Below are positions 50,546-62,760 of a stretch of 64,000 nt of DNA, piece by piece. The position numbers and the translations under genes are program-made. The notes below the pieces were generated by a model. That model was not told the origin of the DNA and searched no databases. It worked only from the letters and a program-made list of their open reading frames with translations. How positions within the stretch are numbered: the stretch's first letter is position 1; each line of letters starts with the position of its first letter. This DNA is from Octopus bimaculoides (taxonomy: Eukaryota), in contig NC_068985.1 of the NCBI RefSeq assembly GCF_001194135.2, forward strand, positions 32,152,121-32,216,120, given 5' to 3'.

Positions 50546-53500
50546 TCTCCCCTTTTGAGATTTTGAGTTCCAAAAGAATAAAGAAATTTTATTATTTTTT
50601 AATATCTTTTTCACTTGGGCCTTATCTCAAGGTATTCAGTTTGCTTCCATTTTCTTATGCTGTTTCTACGGGACTCCATTACTTTCGGCGCTGGGACATC
50701 GAATACATCAAAAAATACTTCCATTGGAATTTCTCTCCATTCTTCAGTATGTCTCTTCTTTAGCTGATTTATGTATCTCTTTTGTTCCCAGCATGGTCCT
50801 TTAATTAGATACATCATACTTCCTATTTTTTGGGTTAGAAGGCCATTCAGCCAGCGTTCTTTACTATTTCTGTAAGTTTTAAAATGCACTTTATTTCCTA
50901 CTTCGAGATATTTCGCTGCATCTTTTGTATTCTCTTTACGTTTTTTTTTTCTCTGGCAATAACTTATCAAAAATCGATTTTATTCTTCTTGTAAACGTCA
51001 ACTCTGTGGGTGACTTTCTGGATTTGTACTTAGATTGGGGGTTATATACTCTAAAGAATTTTGTTAGTACTTCGTCGTTACTTAATTTGTTCCTAGCTTT
51101 TCTTAACTGTTTTGAACATGTCCACGAATCTTTCTACCTGTCCATTTGACCTTGGATGGTAGGGTGGAATGAGAATATGCTTTATTGCATGCATTTTACA
51201 GTTCTTGAATTCATACTCTGAGAATTGCATTCCATTATCAGAAACTAACGTGTCTAGAACACCATATTGCATAAACAATTCATATAGGAACTTTATAGTT
51301 GTCTTAGCGATTGGTTTATTGCACCTACATACCTCTGGCCACTTTGTACAGCTGTCTACCATGATTAGATAGTAAGTGCACTTCATTGGTCTGGCATAAT
51401 CGATATGTAACCTAGACATGGGCTCTCAGTCTCCGGCCACAATTGATATTTTACCAGTGGGGCTTTGGCTGCGAGCATGCAACTTCGACTAGTTCTCACC
51501 AAATTTTTGATATTCTGGTCTATAGTCGGGCAATAGACATAGCTCCTCATCAGAGTTTTCATCCTCGACATTTCCAGGTGTCTGCTGTGGAATTGCTGCA
51601 ATACACGTTTTTGTAATATAGTCAGTACTACAACTCTTTGCGCATACATCAGAATATCATCGCATATTAAGAAACTACTCGAATTTGTATTTTTTTCAGC
51701 TTATTTTTTAAAGCTTCTTTCATTTTTGTAATATACTCATTGCCCACAGATTTCATTCTTATATCCCGTGCAGTCACTGGCAGTTCTTGGATAACATTAG
51801 TCATAATACATTTTATTTCATTTTCTGCCTGCAGTGTGACTATCATGGTAATTTCTAGTAGTTCCATATTTTTGAGAATTAGTCTCAATAGACAGTCTAC
51901 ATGACCAATATACTGCATTTTGAAATTGTAATTTAGTAATATTATACCCCAATGTTATAGTTAGTTCACTGTATAGGTAGGTAACCCTTTCTTTGATCCA
52001 TAAATTGATAGCAATGGTCGATGATCTGTTTGTAACAGAAAACTTCTATCATGTAGAAACCTGTGTAATTTTTGTACAGTGAAGATAGGGCTTCTTTTTC
52101 TATCTGACTGTATTTTTTCTCTGCTGCTATCAGCAAACTTTTTTCTTTTTTTTTTTTTTTTTCACCCTTTCAAAGCCTAGCCAGGCTCATGGGCCTGGTT
52201 TCCTGGTTTCTATGGCGTATGTGTTCCTCCCAGCTGGACGGGACGCCAGTCCATCGCAGCGTTACTCAAGAAACAGGAAGAAAGAGTGAGAGAAAGTTGG
52301 GGGCGAAAGAGTAAAACAGGGGCGCCACCACCCCCTGCCGGAGCCTCGTGGAGCCTAGGTGTTTTTGTTAAATAAACACTCACAACGCCCGGTCTGGGAA
52401 TCAAAACCGTGATCCTCCTACCTCGAGTCCACTTCCCTAACCACTGGGCCATTGCGCCTCCGCTATCAGCAAACACGAAACCTGAATCACTGGTTTTGTA
52501 CTACCATCTTTATACTTGTGTAGCAAAACTGCTCCTAATCCATACTCCGAAGCATCAGATGCTACAACAATGTCCATTTCGGGATTGAAATGTACTAAAG
52601 ACAAATCTGCAATTAGAATTTTTTTTATTTCTTCAAATGTGGTTTGGCATTTAACTGATCAATTCCACTTTACTTCCGTTTTTAATAAGTCATTCAATGG
52701 AGCTCTTAATTTGTGCATGTTAGGAATGTAATTTTGGTAGTAGTTTGTCAGCCCAAGAAAAGCTTGTAATGTTGATATATTTGTTGGAATAGGCATATTC
52801 TTTATTGCGTCTGCCCTCAATGGGTCAGGCCATCTACCATTTTTATCAATTATTTGCCCTAAGTACTTAATTTGAGGCAAAAAGAATTCACATTTTTCTT
52901 CACTCAAAGTGAACCTGTATTCTTTAATTTTCTTGAACACTGCTTTTATATTCTCCACATGTTGTTCACGCAAATTACTCTTCATCAATATATCGTATAA
53001 ATAAGGGATTGCAAGTTCACAATCAGATAACATATCATCCTTGATTTGCTGAAATATTGCTAGTGCAACCTTTAATCCAAAAGGTAACTGGGTATATCTG
53101 TACAATCCTCTATGTGTATTCATTGTCAGATACTTTGAGCATTTGTCATTTACTTTAATCTGTAAATAAACATCAGACAGATCCAATTTGGAGAAAATTT
53201 TTCCACCATTTAATTTTGCAAAAATGTCCTCTGGAGTTGTGAGTGGATGGTGGAATGTCTGTAAGCAGTTGTTCAATCCTGTAGAGAAATTGGCTCATGG
53301 CTTAATCTTATTATTTTTGTTTTTAATGCACACTGTGGGCACCGCCCACTTAGAGTAATCCAACTTTTTGATGATTCCACTCTTTTTCCAGACTGTCCAA
53401 ACTCTTGATTTATGATTTCAATTGCCATGAATGGTTTGTTTCTGTTAGATTTAAATACAGGCACAGTGTTTTCACGTACTTGAAAACAGGGCTTCAGTCT

Positions 53501-53950
53501 TTTTACATATACCTAAGTCCTCCGAAAGTACTTGAGGAAACATCTTTTTCAATTTTCTCTTCAATTCCTCAGACAATTGATTTTTGACAGGACAATCATT
53601 TATGTTTTTGCTGTAGAGACTTAATGGGAGGTGCCATAAGTCAAATAACTCCAACCAATCTGTATCAAACAGGTTGTTGTATTCTCCACAATGAATATTT
53701 TTGCTTCATATGTTTCTCCTCAAAATGTGATGTCTGTTCACATTTTGCCCATGAAAGGTAATGTATCACCCATCATGCAAAAGGTAATGTATCGCTCATC
53801 ATGCCATGTGCAATTTTCACTATTTTACATACCCTTGGTTTCCCAATTTTTCTCTATGTATCCGCATTTATGATTGAAATATTGCTACTCATATCCATCT
53901 GTAATTTAATGTTTACACTCTCGCTACTACACCTCTAATCCCTTTGCATA
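50546..53950 (-). mobile_element. Degenerate Ty3/Gypsy pol (protease remnant-RT-RNaseH-integrase), 5' part missing
   Basis: RT: FSKLDLSDVYLQ...GLYRYTQLPFGL...PYLYD, with YxDD broken (52659-53276). RNaseH: SDASEYGLGAVL (~52550). Integrase zinc-binding region (51383-51649) and core RLHIDYA...VSDNG...HPRSNGQVERFV (51093-51419). Confidence 0.95.
52139..52461 (-). mobile_element. Young full-length tRNA-derived SINE with poly(A) tail and 13-bp TSD, inserted in the Gypsy RNaseH region
   Basis: A-box TGGCCCAGTGG, B-box-like GGTTTTGATTCCC, central GCGATGGACTGGCGTCCCGTCCAG, and an A-tail. TSD GCTATCAGCAAAC at 52126-52138 and 52462-52474. Confidence 0.93.
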
Positions 53951-55547
53951 AAATTTCCTCCTTCTCTACTGTAGTCTTAGATGTTAGCATCACAAAAAAG
54001 CACTCCTGCACATCTGTAAAGTGGTTGGCATTAAGAAGGGTATCCAGACATAGAGACACTGCCAAGCAGACATTGGAGCATGATGCAGGACCTGTTGAGT
54101 CCTGTTAAACTGTCGAATCCATGCCAGCATGGAACATAGTTGTTAAATGATGATGATATGAAATTTCCTATTTGCCTTAGCAAAATATAATTATGTGCTG
54201 ATCAAAGTCAAAAGTTGTGTGTTTTTGTATTTATTGTGTCAGGGTAAATTTTTATGGAAATATTTATATTAAGTAGTATAATTACCACCATCATCACCAT
54301 GAAAGTTATATCACCATAAGCTAAGAGCATGAGTCAGTTAAAATGTAATATTTCAGGATACTTACACAGGCCCAGCTTATTAATTTTTGACAGATGGTAA
54401 AAGTGAAATGTCAATTGTAGACTTCAGCTGGTTAAAAAAATAACTTTTAGTATGTTGCTAAGTTACTATTAAAGTAATGAAATATTAACAAAAATTTTCA
54501 CAGGGATTAAGTAGCTGTTAAATTAGCATTAAGCTGTTGATGGAAAATTAGCAAGACGATTTTTTTAGATGATTTAATGACTACTAACTTTTGAGTTCAA
54601 ATTCCACTGATATTCCTTTTTGCTATTAATCTTTCCAGTAGTACTCAAACAAGTTGTAGTTTTCTTTAATCTTTGTGTTGACTGTTGACTGTTCATCAAT
54701 ACATCAAGCTCTGTCAAGTCTTGTGAAAATAGCTTTGTATTTTGGAAAGAAATTAATATTTGAGTTTGGTATATATTATCTAAATATTCCCAATTATTTA
54801 GTTAGTGAAAACATCCTGTCATTAGAGTTAACCTATATTTGATACATAATTTGCAGTTATGTAAACAGAAGTAAAAAATTCAAGAGTACTTTGTTCCAGG
54901 ACAAGCTGCAATACCTCATATTTTATTAGGCCTTCTGCAACACACAAACACCAATGCTAATACTAATCAGTGAATTCTATTTTGACTATAAATAATACAA
55001 TTATATTTCTATAGCTGTTATAATGCAATATTTTTTGAATATCCAATTGCTAATTCTGGTTTGTTAAATATATTATCCAGTAATTTTTCTGATGTTACTC
55101 CAGTCAAGTCGCTACCTGTAATGCCATTTCACATGTCTTGCTTTGTCTTTTAACAAAATCCTCTCTTCTAGTATGAAAAATATAAGAACTATTAATGAAT
55201 TTTAAAGAGGAAGAATGACTTTGTAACAAACAGTCCTATATAATACTTCTTGGTTTTCACTATATTGATTTAAACAACATTAGATTTATTTTGTTAGGGT
55301 ACATGACCTTGCATTTAGGGTGTTGGTCTCATGATCACAAAATCTTGGGTTTGATTCCTGGACTAGGCAATGCATTGTGTTCTGGAGCAAAAAACTTCAT
55401 CTTGTGTTGCTCTACAATCACTTCGATATCCAATTTGATTGATGGAGTAAACTCATTTGACCTCTACAAATATATCATCTGCGCAGTTTGTTCAGTAAGA
55501 AATTGCAGAACTGTCTTCCTTGGACTAGGCAGACTGCCATTATTATT

Positions 55548-55925
55548 ATTACCTCCACCTTAGTGAAGGTGGGGGTATTGTTTTCAGTCATGTTTGTTTG
55601 TTTGTTTGTTTGTTCATGGACAAGATATCTCAAGAACTGCTGGATGGATTCGGATGAAACTTTCAGGGATGTTTGGCCTCATGACTAGCATGAACTGATT
55701 AGATTTTGGGATCAATCTGGTACTGGACAAGGATTCTGGATTATTTTTCCAGTTTTTTTTTACTTAATTTTTGAGAGTGGTTGGGTTCGTTTTTAGTATT
55801 TTGTTTGTGACAACAGTTGAGTTTATTTCAGATATTCTCATTTAAAAAATCATCTCTGGTTAAGCGTTGTGATAACATTGGTGTTGCTTTGGCAGAGGTT
55901 TGTGTTCTCTGAGTGCTCTTGTTGT
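55548..55925 (+). mobile_element. Helentron-type non-autonomous element (HINE/DINE-1-like)
   Basis: 5' hairpin ACCTCCACCT-TAGTGA-AGGTGGGGGT, (GTTT)n, subterminal inverted GGCAGAGGT at 55891, 3' hairpin CAGAG..CTCTG, and T-rich flanks. Confidence 0.75.
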
Positions 55926-55959
55926 TGTTATTATTGATATTATTATTATTATTATTATT

Positions 55960-56180
55960 ATTATAGCACACTGGACAAAGTGTTTGGTGACATTTTGGAC
56001 ATTTTGTCTGTCTTTACGTTATGGGTTCAAATTCCACCGAGATCCACTTTGCCTTTCATCTTTTTGGGGTCAATAGAATAAGTACCAGCTGAACACTGGA
56101 GTTGATCTAATCACATTAACCCCTTCCCATTAATTTCAGGCCTTGTACCTATAATAGAAAGCATTATTATTATTATTATT
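55960..56180 (+). mobile_element. CORE-domain SINE with (ATT)n tail
   Basis: GGGTTCAAATTCC B-box and TTTGCCTTTCATCTTTTTGGGGTCAATAGAATAAGTACCAG. Confidence 0.85.
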
Positions 56181-57544
56181 GGATTTGTTTTATTGTTTTC
56201 TTATAGGCCTTTGAAAATTGTATTATGATATGATAAATTGTATTGCCTCTGTGTGTTGTGGCATTTGACCTAAATTCTGTTTTCTTCATGTCTGTTTAGG
56301 ACAGGGTTTCTAAACTTAGGTAAATCTACCTCCAAAGAGTAATTTTTGCCTATCCAAAATGTGAATTTATTACAACATTTATATAATATTTCATAAAATT
56401 AGAATTTTTAAGGAATCTGAAATGTAAAAGAAAATTATAAGTCGGGTTAATGTGTAAAACAATACACTAAATACAATCTGTTGTCATGAGTTCGTGTTGA
56501 ACTACATTGAAGTGTCAAGTATCTAAAGAGTGTACTTGCAGAAGAGAGAGACTGAAGTTAGCTACTTCGCTTGAAGTTTTGTGTCAACAAAAGCTGAACA
56601 GATTCTTTGGCCTGATCAATGTGTGTGTGTGTGTGGGGGGGGAACTATGTGGTTAAGAAGTTCACTTTATAACCACGTGGGCTCATGTTCATTACCCTGT
56701 GTAGTGCCCTGGGCGAGTGTGTTTCATTATGTCTTGTGTGTTTGTTATATATAATTCTATACATAAGTGTGTGTGGGTGTGTGTTTCATTTGCCTGTAAA
56801 GTTACACAAGTGACTGAAGAGTTGAAATAAAAATTTTTCCGAAATCTTTGTTCAAAAATTGCAGAGTCATGTGATAATCAATAAACAACAAAATTATATA
56901 TATGTATATATATATATATATNNNNNNNNNNNNNNNNNNNNNNNNNNNNNNNNNNNNNNNNNNNNNNNNNNNNNNNNNNNNNNNNNNNNNNNNNNNNNNN
57001 NNNNNNNNNNNNNNNNNNNNNNNNNNNNNNNNNNNNNNNNNNNNNNNNNNNNNNNNNNNNNNNNNNNNNNNNNNNNNNNNNNNNNNNNNNNNNNNNNNNN
57101 NNNNNNNNNNNNNNNNNNNNNNNNNNNNNNNNNNNNNNNNNNNNNNNNNNNNNNNNNNNNNNNNNNNNNNNNNNNNNNNNNNNNNGATCCTTGAGATCTT
57201 TTCAACAGTAAATATGAATAATAGATTTTTGAAAAATTAAATTTTGGTAAATTTAAAAGAAAAGTCTTTTTAAAGACATATTTGTATAGTATTCAAGTAA
57301 CAGCGGCATTTTTCTTGTTTCTGCCTGTCTCTGTTTCACTTGTTAACTCTTGTGGGTTCGAAGAAGGAGTGCTATGATAGTAGCAGTGTTAATTGGTTGG
57401 GTGTCCTGACATTGACCTGTTGATGGTCGTAGTGATCTGTATTGTTTATAATGTTTGCGTATAATTATATATGCATATATGTGTATGCTTAAGAATGAAT
57501 GGCTCTTGTGCATATGGATTGGGGTTCAGATTCAATGTAATGTG

Positions 57545-58780
57545 TCAATAAGCACAATGGTCATAAAAAAAAAGGCCAAAAGTTTGAATGACGAACTGCA
57601 AAAAAAAGAAAGAAACTGTTGATGAAAAATCTTTTCTTGCTAAAAAGATTAGTTTGAAAGGTTTAAGAAGCACTTGAATTTGCACAGCATAAAAGTTACT
57701 AATGAAGTTGCTGCTGCTGATACAGAAACTGCTGCTAATTATCATGAAACAGCTGAGAAAGAAAAAAAAAATAATTGTTACACATTAGAGAAAGTATACT
57801 ATATTGATGAAACAGCACTTTGCTGGAAGCTCGTGCTTGCTAGAAGTTTTATTTTTGAAGAAGCAAAGTCAACACTGAGTGAAAATTTCCAAAAATTGCT
57901 TGATACTTCTGGGAGGAAATGCCTCAGTTAATATGAAATTACTAATTTTTCACTTTAATTTTTCACTTTCAAAAATACAAGGGCTTTTAGGAGGGAATAT
58001 GCAAAGTTTAATTTGCACAAGAGCCATTCATTCTTAAGCATTGCATTAGATCTATGAAAGAAAAGGTCTGAACAGCTAATGGGGTAGCTTTTTGAGCACT
58101 TGACTTGTTCTTTCTATTGTCATATATGTTTTTACTGCAGATATTACAAGCTTTAATGTTTTGGCAATGTGGCTGATTTTTCTCCTGCATCATGCCATTT
58201 AAAACATCAATTTAATATCCATGTAATCTTCTTACATTTTGTTTTTGTATGTCTGCCTTCAGTTCCTCTTGAAAGCTTCTTTCCAGATATTTTGAATAAT
58301 ATGTAAATCCAACAGCAGAAGAAAGCAACAATTATTCACAACAAATATGCAGTAAAAGAAATAGGATTCCAATAAGAAGGCATGGATGTCTAAGAATCTT
58401 TTTGAAGAGTGGTTTAACAAACAGTTTTTGTTGTTAAAAGTTACAGTGCCAGACATAATGTTTCCAACAAAGAATTGCTCATTTTAGACCAAGCTGCCCA
58501 GTGAGCTTAAACAAACTGATGTGAGAGTATATCCCTAACAATGCAACTTCTTTGGTACAGCCAATTGATCAAGATGTGACAACTAACTTCAAGGCATATC
58601 TGAGAAGAACTTTCAAAGAATGTATGAAAATAATTGATTGGGAGAATAAACCTATGGTTTAAAAGTGTTCTGGAAGAGTTCCATATAATGGATGCCATAG
58701 ATAACATAGCTAGGTCATGGAATGAAGTGAAACCCTTAATGATGAATTATGTGGGAGAAATATTTGGCCAAATAATATCC
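57545..58780 (+). mobile_element. Second degenerate Tigger/pogo copy
   Basis: YYIDETALCWK (~57795) and LVQPIDQDV...NFKAYLRRTFK (~58550-58620), the same motifs as 27588-28900. Confidence 0.85.
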
Positions 58781-60219
58781 ATGTCTGGCCATGGGAAATA
58801 TTACCTTACTTGGAAATAGGTGAGAGTCTGTGACAGGAAGGACATCCAGCCATAGAAAATCTGCTTCAACAAGATTCCATCTGATCCATACAAGCCTGGA
58901 AAAAGTTGACATAAAAGTAATGATAACAATGATGATGTGTGCATGACTGAGTGTATATTGCTTTTGTCTTGATGTGTAAACTGGTCTTATAAAAGGAGTC
59001 ACCATTCATAATGTTGAGGTTGTTTGTTTACAATCCTTTTTAAAGACATGTATGGGCTTTTCTTTATTTGGTAGACAAGGGGAAATATCATCTTGCATGG
59101 AACCAGGTTAGGGTTGGAGACAAGAAGAGCATCAAGCCATAGAAAAATCTGTTTCAATGAAGTTTTATCTAATCTATGCAAGCATGGAAAAGTCGACACA
59201 TAGACAACAGCTACACCTCTTTCACAATCTCATATTGAATCACTTGCCAAACAGATGCAACTCAGGAATTAGAATAATTAGTTATATTTTTGTTTTCAAT
59301 GTGACATATATAATTCTTCTTAGCCATCTGTCTTTTTTACTGATTTTACTCCTACTATATGTTTGTGTGCCACGTAACAGGAAGGGCATCTAGCTATCAA
59401 ATTGATCATATTATATGTATATCCTTTTTATTTATTTATTTTTTGCAAACACAAACTCATACACATAGCAGAATGTGAAACAAAACTTTATGATGATGGT
59501 GGCAATGGTGATGATGATATGCATGTGTGTATACTCATATACATATAAAGGAAAAGAATTGTTAACGATTTAACCAATAAGACAGACCATACTGTTAACT
59601 AGTAATATTCTTTCAGACACACATAGTTAAAAGGAATATGTTATAGGAACATGAGTAAATTATCAAATTCTTCAGTGGTAATAGATATAGATATTAGCCA
59701 CTGCATGTAATGATAACTCAGCAATAATCAATTCTTGTGATGTGTAGTATTTTTTTTTTTTTTGCCAGTTATAAAAAGTATACCTACTTTTTAAAATGGC
59801 TCTCTATTTTTATTGGTTATTTTGAAAGCAGTGATAATCCCTCCACTAAATGTTTGAAACACCTACAACACAACTACATTACTAGAATTCAAAATTGTAA
59901 GAAAGAATAGGCCAGCAAGCAATTCAGTTTAAAGCAGGCTTTAAGTCACTAAAAGTTCTGACAGAATTGTCAAAGATGACACTTACCAAGATATTTATAG
60001 CTGCAGTAGCAGAATCTTATTTCTATTATTATAATAGCATGAATTTATCTCTTTCTCACCACCCCCATACAGAAAACAAAACTAAGTACAATTTTATAAA
60101 AACAATAAATGTGAATGACTAGGTGGGTATTTACCTGTACTGGGCAGTCTCTTTTTCATGCATGTACTTATGTATGTAAGTATGTATGCATGCATATATA
60201 TATATAGGCAGGGCTTATC

Positions 60220-60251
<32 letters not shown>

Positions 60252-60256
60252 TTCTA

Positions 60257-60334
<78 letters not shown>

Positions 60335-60350
60335 GATAGATAGATAGATA
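60220..60350. repeat. (CT)n-(CTAT)n-(GATA)n compound microsatellite
   Basis: Directly visible. Confidence 0.95.
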
Positions 60351-60633
60351 GAATTTTTAAGATTTAGTTATCTTCTAATGTGTGCAGTATGATTTGGCAT
60401 AAAGTCTGTAGAGAGCTCATTAATTTGATTGGGTTGCTGTGTGGTACTTCATCAGAAGTCCCAATAGACAAATGATTTTCAGAATTCTTGTTACATTCAT
60501 AGCACAGTTTACAGCAAACACTATAAATATATACAGAACTAGTATACTAAACAAAGTATCTAGTATCATAGAACCATTTCAGCTGATCATATCAATTGGC
60601 TTCATACTGGGTAACAGATAACTTTATATTAGA

Positions 60634-60724
60634 CTAGCAGAAATACCCGGCGTTGCCCGGGTTAAAGAAAATAATGAAATCTAAAAACGCCATCTAGACT
60701 ACGCATCATCTTTATATATAGAGA
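60634..60724 (-). mobile_element. 91-bp minimal non-autonomous Helitron
   Basis: The minus strand starts TC(TCTATATATAAAG) and ends CTAG, with the hairpin CCCGGG-CAACG-CCGGG 8 nt upstream. It is flanked by A and T. Confidence 0.75.
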
Positions 60725-61789
60725 TGTATATACACACACGCACCCAAACACACGTATATATATGTATATCAATATAAATATATGAAAGTCAATGAAGTTT
60801 CGTAAAAGAAGGTGAACATGTACATACTTTCTTGCTGTTGTGATTATAACACCTCATTGTAAACTATTTTCCTTGTTTTCCCTTGTGGAGCATATACAAA
60901 CAGGTTTTTTGTTGCTGCCCACTCTTGAGCAGCCAACATACAGTTGTCCATGTGAGAAGCAGGGCTCTTCCAAGAGAAGACTAGCTACAGACAGTGTTTG
61001 ACCCTGATNNNNNNNNNNNNNNNNNNNNNNNNNNNNNNNNNNNNNNNNNNNNNNNNNNNNNNNNNNNNNNNNNNNNNNNNNNNNNNNNNNNNNNNNNNNN
61101 NNNNNNNNNNNNNNNNNNNNNNNNNNNNNNNNNNNNNNNNNNNNNNNNNNNNNNNNNNNNNNNNNNNNNNNNNNNNNNNNNNNNNNNNNNNNNNNNNNNN
61201 NNNNNNNNNNNNNNNNNNNNNNNNNNNNNNNNNNNNNNNNNNNNNNNNNNNNNNNNNNNNNNNNNNNNNNNNNNNNNNNNNNNNNNNNNNNNNNNNNNNN
61301 NNNNNNNNNNNNNNNNNNNNNNNNNNNNNNNNNNNNNNNNNNNNNNNNNNNNNNNNNNNNNNNNNNNNNNNNNNNNNNNNNNNNNNNNNNNNNNNNNNNN
61401 NNNNNNNNNNNNNNNNNNNNNNNNNNNNNNNNNNNNNNNNNNNNNNNNNNNNNNNNNNNNNNNNNNNNNNNNNNNNNNNNNNNNNNNNNNNNNNNNNNNN
61501 NNNNNNNNNNNNNNNNNNNNNNNNNNNNNNNNNNNNNNNNNNNNNNNNNNNNNNNNNNNNNNNNNNNNNNNNNNNNNNNNNNNNNNNNNNNNNNNNNNNN
61601 NNNNNNNNNNNNNNNNNNNNNNNNNNNNNNNNNNNNNNNNNNNNNNNNNNNNNNNNNNNNNNNNNNNNNNNNNNNNNNNNNNNNNNNNNNNNNNNNNNNN
61701 NNNNNNNNNNNNNNNNNNNNNNNNNNNNNNNNNNNNNNNNNNNNNNNTTCTCTCTTTCTCTCTCTGTGAAAGTATCTGTCACTACAGTA

Positions 61790-62089
61790 TCGAAATGTGA
61801 TTGTTTCAGTTAGTGGAATAGTTTCATTTTTAAAGTGAAAGTATTTGACATGAGTGTTTTTGTTTCACTTTTGACACGTAATACTTAAATAGTGGAGGAG
61901 ATATTATGTTGCCGTGGGCTCGAACTCTGCAAGAAGTTAATAATTTTTTTTTTACTAAAACTGGAACCCTAAGTAAGGCATGTGTAAAATTTGAATGAAA
62001 TTGGTTGCGTAGTTCTTGAGTTTTAGGGATTCACACACAGACAGACAGACAGACAGACAGACACACATTCTCATTTATATATATATAGA
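61790..62089 (-). mobile_element. Helitron-like non-autonomous element, 5' part
   Basis: The minus strand starts A|TCTATATATATA, then (TCTG)n and AACTACGCAACCAATTTCATTCAAATTTT. The 3' end is not seen (gap). Confidence 0.6.
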
Positions 62090-62324
62090 TAACAGCATGG
62101 TTAAGTAATATCATATGCTCTTCAGAGGTGGCAGGAATGGTAATAATATAGCTCCAGCACCAGTATATATAGTATTTTCTGGCAAATGTATGATAATTCA
62201 TCCACGTGATAAATTGTTCACAAAGTATTGTGGTATAATGCAGAATGTAACTAGCAGTAAATTAACAGAACATTTTTTTAGTGTTTTCAAACCTGTTCTT
62301 GCCAAATTAATTCACAATTTGAAT

Positions 62325-62760
62325 TGATCATTAGTATCATCACCATTTACTGTCCATTGTCCATGCTGGCATAGGTTGGATGGTGGAACCAGAGCTGGCA
62401 AGCCAAGGGGTGGGTGGGTGAGTGCACTGGACTCCAGTCTGATTTGGCATGGATCTACGGCTGGATGCTCTTCCTAATGACAACCACTTTACAAAGTTTG
62501 TTGGATGCTTTTACATACCACACAGGTGCTTTTGAGTGACAGCTCATGGGTGTTTTTACAAGGCACTGCACAGGCACTTTTACGTGATACCGCACAGATG
62601 CTTTTACGTGGCACCACAAAGAAGCTTTTATATGACACAGTACGGATGCTTTTATATGATGATGTACAGGTGCTTTTACGCAGCACTGCCATGGGTGCTT
62701 TACACGACCAGAAGAATTGGTCTTAACACTTCTGCTGAAGGGTATGGCTTCTTGAGTACA
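62325..62760 (-). mobile_element. Old RTE-tail retroposon with an expanded internal ~22-bp tandem array
   Basis: Family sequence (ctgatttggcatgg...ggatgctcttcctaatgacaaccac) followed by about 9 degenerate GGTGCTTTTACGTGGCACCGCACA-like units (62500-62710). Confidence 0.8.

Noticed and set aside
52380-52461. tRNA-like sequence
   Set aside because: It is a SINE head with a mutated B-box, followed by a SINE body, poly(A) and a TSD.
52659-53276. Longest gap-free ORF, considered as an active or domesticated RT
   Set aside because: The catalytic YxDD is mutated to YLYD, neighbouring domains are frameshifted, and RNaseH is interrupted by a SINE.
60364-60520. 51-codon minus-strand frame after a TTTATAG| acceptor (VCCKLCYECNK...)
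   Set aside because: No recognisable family, and within chance expectation for this window size.
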